A stretch of DNA of 63,599 nt, filler included, from Octopus bimaculoides (Eukaryota), in assembly GCF_001194135.2 (NCBI RefSeq). It is 4 parts of 4 records of this genome, joined end to end, with 100 filler letters (N's around TTAATTAATTAA, not from the genome) between each part and the next. Parts side by side here need not be neighbours in the genome. Positions count along the whole stretch, not along the records: positions 1 to 30,631 come from NC_068996.1; 3 more parts are not named here. The stretch is one strand, 5' to 3'. The first letter of the stretch is position 1; every line of letters starts with the position of its first letter. The notes under the pieces were generated by a model. The model made no database searches. It worked only from the letters and a program-made list of their open reading frames with translations, and was not told where the DNA came from. Below are positions 1 through 10,589 of this stretch, piece after piece. The position numbers were made by a program, and so were the translations under genes.

Positions 1-141
1 TTTAAATGTTATAAATAAAATAATCCATAAATCTGAGCACTGTTTTGGAAAAGAATATGCTGGAGATCAAAGAAAAAAGAATTTCAAAGGCAACAAAAGA
101 ATTTCAAAAGTGAAAACAGAAAAACAAAAGTGTTATCTCTC

Positions 142-913
142 TGTAGTGGATCTTGCAAGCATGAGGTGGATTCGATCCACCATAGCCAAATTTAAATTAA
201 CACTGCAACAGAACTTTTCCCACGGTGGAACAATGGTTTTTCTCTGACAGCAGTTTTACATTTTCCAGATGCCTTTAGCTAGACCGAAATAATATCTTCA
301 CCACTTGACCCTTTCTAACCTCTTCTACTTCACCAAAAGCTAGAATAGAGATAACAATACCACCAACTAAACCTATTGTTCTCAATGGTATGTATATCCT
401 TCTGGATAGTTTTAAAAACAAGAAGCCCCAAGCAAAAAAAACCAGTTCAGTCACCAGTCGATGACGACTCAACGAGTCCAGTCACATGGTGACGGCTCAG
501 TGAGAACGAAGTCTGGCTGACCAGCTAAAACCTTGGTCAGAGGGAGACTGAAGTTTATTGTCAGCAACTGTGAGACAACGTCCCACACACTACATCTCTC
601 ACAATCTCTAATTTTGTTCTCTTACAGCATCACACTATGGCTTTCTGTGGATTACTACTAACAATTGTATACGCCAAACTATGCAAGGAAACATTCTACC
701 ACATCTTTCTTTTGCATGCTCTCGGATGTTATAACCTGCCCGTCGAGGCAAGGTATTGTAACGTAACGGTAAATAAATATTTCCTTAAAACTTCATGCAT
801 CGTTCATCTTTCACAACTGCTGACTCCGACATCATCATAATATTGTTTATAAATCAATTTCTCCCATTACAACTGGTGACCCTCGACTTCAACAATAAAA
901 CCTACCCGTTACA
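142..913. mobile_element. Solo LTR, copy 1 (probably Ty3/gypsy type)
   Basis: Begins TGTAG and ends CCGTTACA (TG...CA), with AATAAA near the end. Flanked by a TCTC direct repeat (TCTCTC if 6 bp). Homologous to 48944-49567. Confidence 0.75.
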
Positions 914-1182
914 TCTCTCAGAACGCTAGCAAGCTCTTATTCTTTAGCTGGTTCAATTTATTCCATTTTTTTAATTATATATTTTCCCCACCCATCCGCC
1001 CTGTCTTTCGCTGCTTTGCTCCTTTCTTTTACTCTTTATTTTCTTTTTAAAGTGTATATTCAACCAAAAGAAAATATTTTATGTCATTTATTTATTTATT
1101 TATTCATTTACTGTGTTGAGTCAAAAGTTTTGCAACAACTTGGTAACTTATTTGTTCTATTCGTCAATTTACTACAAAACAA

Positions 1183-1680
1183 GGCGGTGAGCTGGAAGAA
1201 TCGTTAGCACGCCGGGCGAAATGCTTAGCGGCATTTCGTCTAGTGTTGTGCGTACAAGGAACCGTGTGAATAGTCAAAAAAAAAAAAAAGGTAAAAAAAA
1301 AAGGTGCCAGCGATAGATCGGGGCTTGTAGGGTCGGAGCATGGCCTGATCATCGCTTCATTTGTGTTGTCTAACGTACTGTTAATATCATTCGATTTTTT
1401 ACATTTTATATAATTTTTAAAGTCATATTTTATGTAAACCATTCGCATCACTGATCCCAATCAGTTGTTTTGTACCATTCTATGTTTAGCCCCCTGTGGG
1501 CAATAAAGAAATTGGTATTTCGTCTGCCGCTACGTTCTGAGTTCAATTTCCGCCGAGGTCGACTTTGCCTTTCATCCTTTTGGAATCGATAAATTAAGTA
1601 CCAGTTGCGTACTGGGGTCGATTTAATCGACTGGCCTCCTCTTCCAAAATTTCAGGTCTTGTGCCTAGAATAGAAAAGAA
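1183..1680 (+). mobile_element. tRNA-derived SINE family A fragments
   Basis: Head GGCGGTGAGCTGG..GAATCGTTAGC, B-box-like GAGTTCAA and central GCCGAGGTCGACTTTGCCTTTCATCCTT. The family recurs more than 20 times in the window; the central block resembles the Meta-SINE domain (from memory). Confidence 0.8.
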
Positions 1681-1904
1681 TTTACTACAAAAGCAGCCTA
1701 GAATTCAAAGTAAAAGCCATCGCGTTGCATCGTATGAAGCCACCATTCTGCCAGTTCTTTGATTCTATGCTGATACTAGTTCTTGTCCTTCGAAGCCAAG
1801 AACTCCTCCACTGAAGTTCTTACCATTTTTTAGTTGGTAAAGCATTGCAAAACTTTTGACTTAACAGAATATTTATTTATTTGTATATCGAACGGATATC
1901 TTTT

Positions 1905-2932
1905 ATCTTTCACTTGTTTCAGTCATTAGACTGTGGCCGTGCTGGGGCACCACCTTGAATTTTTAGTCGAATGAATCAACTCCAGTTCTTTTTTTTTTTT
2001 TCTTTCTAAGCCTGGTACTTATTCTATCGGTCTCTTTTGTCGAAACACCAACACCGGTTGTCAAGCGATGGGGAGGAGAAAAAACACTGACAGGAAGACA
2101 CACGAACATAGATATTCATTCATACATATACACACTAATCGACAAATACTCATTAGTCTAAAAATATTAAATATATAGGCGTAGCTGTGTGCTAAGAAGC
2201 TTGCTTTCCAACCACATGATTCTGCATTCAGTCCTACTGCATGTCACCTTAGGCAAGTGTCTTCTACTATAGCCTCANNNNNNNNNNNNNNNNNNNNNNN
2301 NNNNNNNNNNNNNNNNNNNNNNNNNNNNNNNNNNNNNNNNNNNNNNNNNNNNNNNNNNNNNNNNNNNNNNNNNNNNNNNNNNNNNNNNNNNNNNNNNNNN
2401 NNNNNNNNNNNNNNNNNNNNNNNNNNNNNNNNNNNNNNNNNNNNNNNNNNNNNNNNNNNNNNNNNNNNNNNNNNNNNNNNNNNNNNNNNNNNNNNNNNNN
2501 NNNNNNNNNNNNNNNNNNNNNNNNNNNNNNNNNNNNNNNNNNNNNNNNNNNNNNNNNNNNNNNNNNNNNNNNNNNNNNNNNNNNNNNNNNNNNNNNNNNN
2601 NNNNNNNNNNNNNNNNNNNNNNNNNNNNNNNNNNNNNNNNNNNNNNNNNNNNNNNNNNNNNNNNNNNNNNNNNNNNNNNNNNNNNNNNNNNNNNNNNNNN
2701 NNNNNNNNNNNNNNNNNNNNNNNNNNNNNNNNNNNNNNNNNNNNNNNNNNNNNNNNNNNNNNNNNNNNNNNNNNNNNNNNNNNNNNNNNNNNNNNNNNNN
2801 NNNNNNNNNNNNNNNNNNNNNNNNNNNNNNNNNNNNNNNNNNNNNNNNNNNNNNNNNNNNNNNNNNNNNNNNNNNNNNNNNNNNNNNNNNNNNNNNNNNN
2901 NNNNNNNNNNNNNNNNNNNNNNNNNNNNNNNN

Positions 2933-2964
<32 letters not shown>

Positions 2965-3290
2965 TCTTCCCACCATCGCTTGACAACCTGTGTTGGTGTG
3001 TTTACTCTCCCGTAACTTAGGGGTTCGGCAAAAGAAACCGATACAATAAGTACTAGACTTACAAAGAATAAATCTTGGGGTCGATTTCTTCGACTAAAGG
3101 CGGTGCTCCAGCATGGCCGACTGAAATAAGTAAAATATATATATATATGCGACGAGCTTCTTTCAGTTTTCGCCTACCAAATCCACTCACAAAGCTTTGG
3201 TCAGCCCGAGACTATATAGTGGTGCCACGCAGTGGGACTGTACTCGAGACCATACGGTTAGGGACCAAGCTTCTTATCACACAGTCACGC
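1905..3290. mobile_element. SINE family B pieces in both orientations around an N gap
   Basis: Head AGGCG(C/T)AG..GCTGTGTG.TAAG, CORE-like CACCTT(A/G)GGCAAGTGTCTT and tail CCCGTAACTTAG.GGTTCGGCAAAAG. Confidence 0.75.
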
Positions 3291-3699
3291 ATGCGCCAAT
3301 AATAAACACATGCACTGTTTAGAATTGAAGATGATCCGGAGTGGAGAAAACATTGCAGAAATTATTGATGGGATCGTGAATGGCGAATAGACTTTACCAA
3401 ACCTCGATGACAGACTGGCCAAACAATTAGTCAAGCAATCGTTTGATTAATTGGTTAAATAAATAACCAATTGACTAATACTAATAACGGAGTGAAATAG
3501 AACCAGTGTGTGTGCGTTTACTATTGGCATAATGATCCTTCCGAGATTCAACAAAATTTGTTTGAACACACGAGCTTACATCAAGAATCATACAAATCAA
3601 AAACAGTAATGATCTGTTTTAGCATCTCCGTTAGATCTCCAATTGCAATTTTCAGTTTTCCATATGACGGTATTTCATGCATTTCTATGGTGTGGCGTG

Positions 3700-3743
3700 T
3701 GAGGTGTGGGGTGTGAGGTGTGAGGCTATAAGCTGAAGCAACG
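3700..3743 (+). other. Candidate non-coding first exon of gene A
   Basis: ACG|GTAAGT donor at 3744. A matching acceptor CCTAATTTCACAG at 3876 lies just upstream of the candidate ATG. The region retains CpG. The exon start is arbitrary. Confidence 0.3.
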
Positions 3744-3891
3744 GTAAGTCTTCGGATCTCAACGATTAGGACTTCAAAGTTGTTTTTGCCACTTTTTGAG
3801 GCTGATTCATTAATTCTTATGACGCTAAACAGCAGAAGAAACGCACCAATCGGTCCTTGCGAACCTAATTTCACAGCTAGACTTAATACAA

Positions 3892-3947
3892 ATGGATATC
3901 TTAGCAGCGGTTTTGGAAGAGGCGTTACAGAAGCAAAAGAATGTCAC
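3892..3947 (+). CDS. Gene A candidate first coding exon (MDILAAVLEEALQKQKNV-T)
   Basis: Ends at a phase-2 donor AC|GTGAAA that fits the phase-2 acceptor at 14904. The joined peptide EEALQKQKNVTKETILDISRFY resembles the internal repeat TERLQKSVTNVETSDVSNIEKYF. Confidence 0.5.
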
Positions 3948-5085
3948 GTGAAATTTATTTCTCTCTGTGTGTTCTAAGATCAAATCCCACCGAGGTCAAC
4001 TTTGCATTTTATCTTTACGGTTCCAATAAAAATGAATGAAGCCGAGGCGGTATATTGCTGAAACCTTAAGACTGGATGCCTTGTGCTATTTATTTGTCAA
4101 GCTTTTAGCATTCTGATTTCAAATCCTGCCATGGCCCACACTGCTGGTACATTTAACCCGTTGCCCAGTTTAGCACTATCGTCAAACACCCTGGGTATCT
4201 TTGGCAGGGTCTGTTCTGTTGCAAGCATTTAGGTCAAGTTTCTAGTTTCCTAAAACATCTCTCCCCTCCCTCCACTCCACAGTCTTGGAGACCCTATAAA
4301 GGATTACGAACATTGCCTTCCTCTTGACAAAAAGTCTAGAAGAAAAAAATCTCTTAAGATGGTGAACTGGCAGAATCGTTAGCGAATCGGACAAAATGCT
4401 TAGCGGTACTTCATCCGGATCTTTATATTCTGAATTCAAACTCTACCGAGGTTGACTTTGCTTTTATCTTTTCATGGTCGATAAAATAAATACCAGTTGG
4501 ACATCGATGAAATCGACCTTAACCCCTTCTCTTAAAATTGCGAATAAAAATTTGAAACATCACTTTTTTCTTCATTACTACGTCGTTTTTTTTTTTCTTT
4601 TCACGCACGTTACGTAGCCAAGGGAGAGAACTCACTTCCTAGTTTGCATGCTTTGAACAAAAAATAAATCGCCAAGATTGAAATATTTCCATCTGAACTA
4701 TCAGGAGTAATACGTATGGCATCCTGAAGAGTTGGTAAATTATCTCGCGTTCCGATTGAAACAATAGACAAAGAAGAATGATAACTTACATCAAGATGAT
4801 TGAGTGCGGAGAGATTTTAAGAATAACTATTTGAACATCATTAAATGAGTGGAAATTTTACCGGTGAGTGTGTTAAATTATAAGGCACTAAAACCGAATG
4901 ACTCTCCGCAGACAACAAAATATGCTTCAACACACGAACTCACATAAAGAATTTTGCAAACCAAATCCAAAACGAAATTTATACACACACACACACATAT
5001 ATATGTATGTATGTATGTATGTATATACATACATACATACATATACATGTGTGTGTGTATACATGTATATATATATATATGCATG

Positions 5086-5117
<32 letters not shown>

Positions 5118-5124
<7 letters not shown>

Positions 5125-5586
5125 ACTTGGGGATGGTCATATTGCCAGTTTAGCCAATAAAAACACACGCACTGTATATTTGGTGTTAATTTGCTTCAGC
5201 TTTATATTACATTACATTACATTACATTACATTAATCCTATTTCGGCCAGAGTTCTTTCGTCACACTTCTGTGACCTCATCAGTGGTCCTTTGCTTTCTT
5301 CTTTCTTATGTGTGGTCTCACCTTGCTAACTATCAGCCATTTTGTATTTTGTACAAAATACAAAATGGCTGATAGTTAGCAAGGTGGGACACGCATAAGA
5401 AAGAAGAAAGCAAAGGACCACTGATGAGATCACAGAAGTGTGACGAAAGAACTCTGGCCGAAATAGGATTAATGTAATGTAATGTAATGTAATGTAATAT
5501 AAAGCTGAAGCAAATTAACACCAAATATACAGTGCGTGTGTTTCTATTGGCTAAACTGGCAATATGACCATCCCCAAGTACAACAA
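5118..5586. repeat. 469-bp zero-spacer palindrome with a hammerhead-like core in each arm
   Basis: Arms are reverse complements about GTAC at 5351-5354, with a few mismatches and one indel. Confidence 0.95.
5415..5459 (+). ncRNA. Type-I hammerhead-ribozyme-like motif (mirror copy on - strand at about 5244-5290)
   Basis: CCA-CTGATGA-G-(A/G)TCAC AGAAGT GTGAC-GAAA-G AA C-TC-TGG. Core intact; stem III minimal; one extra G before stem II. Confidence 0.5.
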
Positions 5587-5659
5587 CATCTGTTTCAACA
5601 CACGATTTCACATCAAAAATCTTGCAAAACAAATATATATATATATATATATATACATG

Positions 5660-7150
5660 GGTCAGTCCCGCAAACCCAAAACCTGTGCATCAATGGTCTT
5701 TCTATCTCCTCCATTCCACACAAAGAATGTTACAAGTACCTAGGCATAGACGAAAATGTACCATATGAAGGCACTATGAATAAAGGTAAAGTGACCCGAG
5801 AATATTACACCAGACTTAGGAAAATATGGCAGTCAAAACACTCCTCTTACAACAAAGCAATATCCCACAATGCATTTGCAGTACCAGTGCTGATCCCAAC
5901 ATTTGGGATACTAGATTAGTCTGTAGAGGAAATCCACTCCATAGATATCAAAACCCGCAAAATCCTGACAACAACTGGGAACTTCCACAGAAAGAGTGAT
6001 GTTGACAGGCTCTACCTAGGAAGAAATGAAGGTGGTAGAGGTCTAAGATCAGTACAGACAGCCTTCGAATGCCATATGGTATCACTCAGACAGCACCTGC
6101 TAAACAACAGCATCAAAAATAAATATATTAATGCAGTCTTGAAAAGGGAAATGAACAACATTGCAGGAGCTGGCATGGAGCTCCTCAAGAAACACTCTCT
6201 TCCTGATGATCTCCTATACAACCCCAAGACAGCTGGGCTCTCTTACCTCAGAGAAGACCTGGATGGAAAGCACTCACCATACAAAAAAAGACTATGCATG
6301 GGTACGTTGCCCGGAAGCTTGAAGAAGACAGTAGAATTCACACAAAGTGCAGTCTCTCTTGGACACAAGATCACTACATCACATTACACTTTGAAGGTTA
6401 TGCGTTTGCAATCCAGGAACAGGAGATTGCCACAAAATACCTGGTGAACAAGAGACACAGTGACACTCTTGTAATCCCAAGGTGCAACTGCATGTGTAAG
6501 CTATGTCATGTTTCTGCGGAAGACATTACGCATGTGATTAGCAGCTGTCTTAAAATGTTGTTACAGTACTGCCTCCCTATGTGGCATGATGTTGATGCTA
6601 AAACAATTTACAATGCCATCCGCAAAAAAGACAGTCCTGAAATAAACTTAGAAAATCCCTCTGATATGGAACACATTCATAAACACCAACTCAAGAAATA
6701 CTGGTAGAATATTCCCATCAAAACATATGTTAATTGTAAACATAACAGGCCAGACATTGCTATTTGGGACAGAAGGGGAAAGGTATGTACCATCATAGAG
6801 GTCAGCTGCTTTGCAGATATAAATATCTCTTTGAAAATCAAAGAAAAAGAGTATATCTATGGACAACTGCTGCGAAGCCTTCAGCTTCTATATCCAGACT
6901 ATGAATTCATATTCATACCAATAATAATTGGAGCTCTACGTTTTGTTAGTAAATGCTTAAAGGAGAATTTAGATAAACTGGGATTTTCAGAAAGGGAAAT
7001 CGACCGATTAATTTGTACATTACAAGCACAATCTGTGAGTGGGAGAGTAAAAATATGCAAGACTTTTCTCAAGTTCCTAATGTGAATTTGTTTTGTTTTA
7101 AATACATCCCAAAGATGGAGCCTTGTATCTTTTTTGGAAACTGACTCCCT
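5660..7150 (+). mobile_element. R4/Dong-clade (REL endonuclease) non-LTR retrotransposon, 5'-truncated and decayed
   Basis: YKYLGIDE (end of RT), CCHC knuckle CKLCHVSAEDITHVISSC and REL motif RPDI...IIEV, split over frameshifted ORFs. Confidence 0.85.
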
Positions 7151-7234
7151 CTTCAGTGGAAGACTTATAATAATTAAAAAATAGAAGAGACATATATACA
7201 CATTTATACATATAGACACACATACGTATAGACT

Positions 7235-7480
7235 GAGGACCATGTACTGCAATAGCATGGGATTCAAGGGCCCACAGCTATTCAACACCTTGCCAAAATA
7301 TCTAAGAGATCTTCATGGAGTATGGGTAGATGTTTTCAAGAAACAACTTGACCTCCTGCTATCCAAGGTCCCAGACAAACCTATATCATGGCAAGAAACT
7401 CAAAAGCGGACAGCAGTGTCGAACTCCCTTCTTCACCAAAATCCAATTGTGTAAGAATGGTCATTGAATAGGTGATGACA
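7235..7480 (+). mobile_element. CR1/L2-group LINE 3' fragment
   Basis: Peptide FKGPQLFNTLPKYLRDL..VDVFKKQLDLLLSKVPD, typical of post-RT C-termini in this group. Confidence 0.6.
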
Positions 7481-7544
7481 GTCGTGGTGCTCCAGCATGG
7501 CCACAACATTCGAACTGAAATAAATAAGAGAAATAAAATAAAGA

Positions 7545-7581
<37 letters not shown>

Positions 7582-8157
7582 TACTCTCAATACTGTTTTC
7601 ATTCTGTAATATTTTCCCACATATACGCGTGTGTGCATGTATGTGTATCTTTGTGTGTATGCTAGTTCACATACACAGACACATACAGTTTGGCAGCCTT
7701 TATTAAACAGTAGATAATTTTAAAACGCCTTCCTTTAAAGTTAAAACTATTGAGTTCTCTCCCTTAGGTCACTTCTTCATTTGTTAGATTTTTCATTGTT
7801 TACGTGAAAAAATAATTGTGGCAACGCTTAAGACTATATTTATTGTACTGTTCAGTAGAATAAATAAATATCTCCCTCGTGAACATTTTAGTAGTATTAA
7901 TAATAACATAATTAAAGGAAAGTGCATTTAAAGGTAAATATTTGTAAATATAAAAAACACATTAAGGGGAGGTAATAGATGTTTCGTAACTGGGCCAAGA
8001 CTAAATGACAAATAGACAGACAGAAAGACAGACAGAGGCAGGTAAGCAATCAGAGAGGAGGAGGAGGAGAAAAAGAAAAAGAAGAGAACGTGGGTTGAAG
8101 AGGAAAAGAAATCAAAGGTTGTTTTTTCCCCACCTCTTTCTTGTTTATCCATTAGAC

Positions 8158-8415
8158 TAGCAGTTCTCAACCATTGTTCACCTTATGGACCCTTCTGATT
8201 CCTATTTTGCTCGGACAGATCCTCATAGCCATTTGGCATTAAAAAATTCTATCATATTTTCATAATTAAATATTATTAGGAATTGTATCTAAAAAATTGT
8301 TAAAATATTTTGTCTATTGTAGAAGCATAACCAATTTATTGATCATAAATTTTAATAACAAAATCTTATATGGATCCCCACCAATGGTCATATAGACCCC
8401 GGTTGGGAACCACTA
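8158..8415. mobile_element. hAT-type MITE
   Basis: TIRs TAGCAGTTCTCAACC / GGTTGGGAACCACTA and an 8-bp TSD CATTAGAC / CATTAGAT. Confidence 0.8.
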
Positions 8416-8739
8416 CATTAGATATATTACAACAATTGTCCTCCATTCAACTCGAATCCTAATTTCTGCAATAGTTATTCCAGTTTAAGAGGCAACTACA
8501 TAGCACTCAACCCACAAATAAGAGCAGGTAAATTTCCCAGGAACACAGTCTAGCATGTTAAAAGAAATTAAAACCATGAAAATGTGGTTTTCAGGTTCAT
8601 TTCTCATGGCATGGCACCTTGGATGAGTAACTTTTGCTCTAGCCTACAACCAACTAAAGCCTTGTTAATGAATTTGATAGGCGGAAACTGAAAGAAGCCT
8701 ATTGTGTATATGCGCACATATGTACATATAGATATGCAT

Positions 8740-8746
8740 GTATGTA

Positions 8747-8799
<53 letters not shown>

Positions 8800-8855
8800 A
8801 TGTATGTATGTATGGATGGATGGATGGATGTAATGTATGTATGTATGTATGTATG

Positions 8856-8893
<38 letters not shown>

Positions 8894-8990
8894 NNNNNNN
8901 NNNNNNNNNNNNNNNNNNNNNNNNNNNNNNNNNNNNNNNNNNNNNNNNNNNNNNNNNNNNNNNNNNNNNNNNNNNNNNNNNNNNNNNNNN

Positions 8991-9027
<37 letters not shown>
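8740..9027. repeat. Compound (GT)n/(ATGT)n/(ATGG)n microsatellite with a gap
   Basis: Read directly from the sequence. Confidence 0.95.
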
Positions 9028-9032
<5 letters not shown>

Positions 9033-9185
9033 GTTTTCATCAACTAACGTAATAAAATAGGTGTATGTATTTAGTGTTCAGTTTGGTTTACCACTAAAAC
9101 TCTAGGCTGAACTGGAACTGCAAAATGTAGCATTGAAAATGCCTATCAAAGGTGGCTAGAAGTGGTTTCTCCTTGATTGGACAAC

Positions 9186-9711
9186 TCACTCACTGATTCT
9201 TGGACCAGTCAGTGTGTTGTGACCATGAGTAACGGAATTCATTTTACTGAAGTGAAAATAATTCCCAGTAACAGCAGAGCAGGAGTATTCACTTGGAATG
9301 GATACCCCAACATTTGTAAGTGGGGTGGCAGGATAGTTGGAATCAGCTTGCCTCCAGCGTCTAATGTTCCTATTAAGCTGTGCAAACGAAGGTATTTGCA
9401 ACAATGTACAGTTGTTTAAATTCTGAACTTCACTAGCGATAATTGAACGAGGGGCATCATGAGATGAAATAGACTTGAATATTTGAAACTATTATCCTTG
9501 CATTCACTTCTGCAGTAGTTGAAGCGTGATTATGGATCCTAATCTTCTTAAGTTCTTTATAATTTTCATCTGTTTGAAGTTTCACCTTGCACACACGATT
9601 TTCACACCTCCAGTATATCTTCAATCCATCTGCATTCTGCTTATTTTTTGTGTATATATAATTTTCTTGATCAACCACTTTGATTTTTCCTTTACTTATT
9701 CTATTGGTCAC
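9186..9711 (-). mobile_element. Mutator-like (MULE) transposase remnant with FLYWCH zinc finger
   Basis: IYWRCENRVCKVKL...HNH, followed by PSFAQLNRNIRRWRQ..NYPATP in a broken frame. Confidence 0.75.
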
Positions 9712-10547
9712 GCTTTGTCAAAACTCTAAGTTAAGGAGACGTAAACACACCAACACCGGTTGTCAAGCAATGGTGGTAGGACACACACACACATATATGA
9801 TGGGCTTCTTTCAGTTCCCAGCCACCAAATCCACTCACAAGGCTTTGGTCAGCCCGAAGCTATAGTAGAAAACACTTGTCCGAACTGCCATACAGTGGGA
9901 CTGAACCCAGAATCATGTGGTTGGAATGCAAGCTTCTTACCGATAATTTAATCTTATATATTTGAAAAATATTTTTCTTTCTTTTCTTCCTGTAAAAATA
10001 TTGCTAAATAGAAATTCATCATAATCAAGAAAGATAATTCATTTTCATCTGGAGATTATCTCCACTTACCCATCGTGTTACAAACGCCTAAAAATCAAAT
10101 TTCATCAAATTTCAAAACAAATCTTTAAAGTTAAGCAATAGTCGTAATAATTGAATACTGATTGTAGTGACGATAAGTTGTTGATGATCAGATTCTGAGA
10201 CGCAGGTACGATTTCCACGGTGTCACTCAATTTTTTTACATTTCATGTACAATACTGTTTCTGCTAAAGTTAGCATTCAAAGGGATTGTTATTCTTCATG
10301 AAGACAGATTGTGAGAGATGCGGGAAGAGGTAACAAGTGAATGATCTTTGCAGATATCCAAGAGATTTAGTTGATGCCTTATTGAGATAGGTGTAACTTC
10401 AAGAGCTGCATTCATACAGAAATCTGTTTTATGAAGAACAACAAGGATTGTTCAAAAGGTCCTTAATGCCTAAGGAAACTAGGTGATTTGGAATCAATGA
10501 TAGAGAGATTCCAAATGTAACACATTTGTGTATACCATTAAATAATA

Positions 10548-10582
<35 letters not shown>

Positions 10583-10589
10583 CTTTTTA

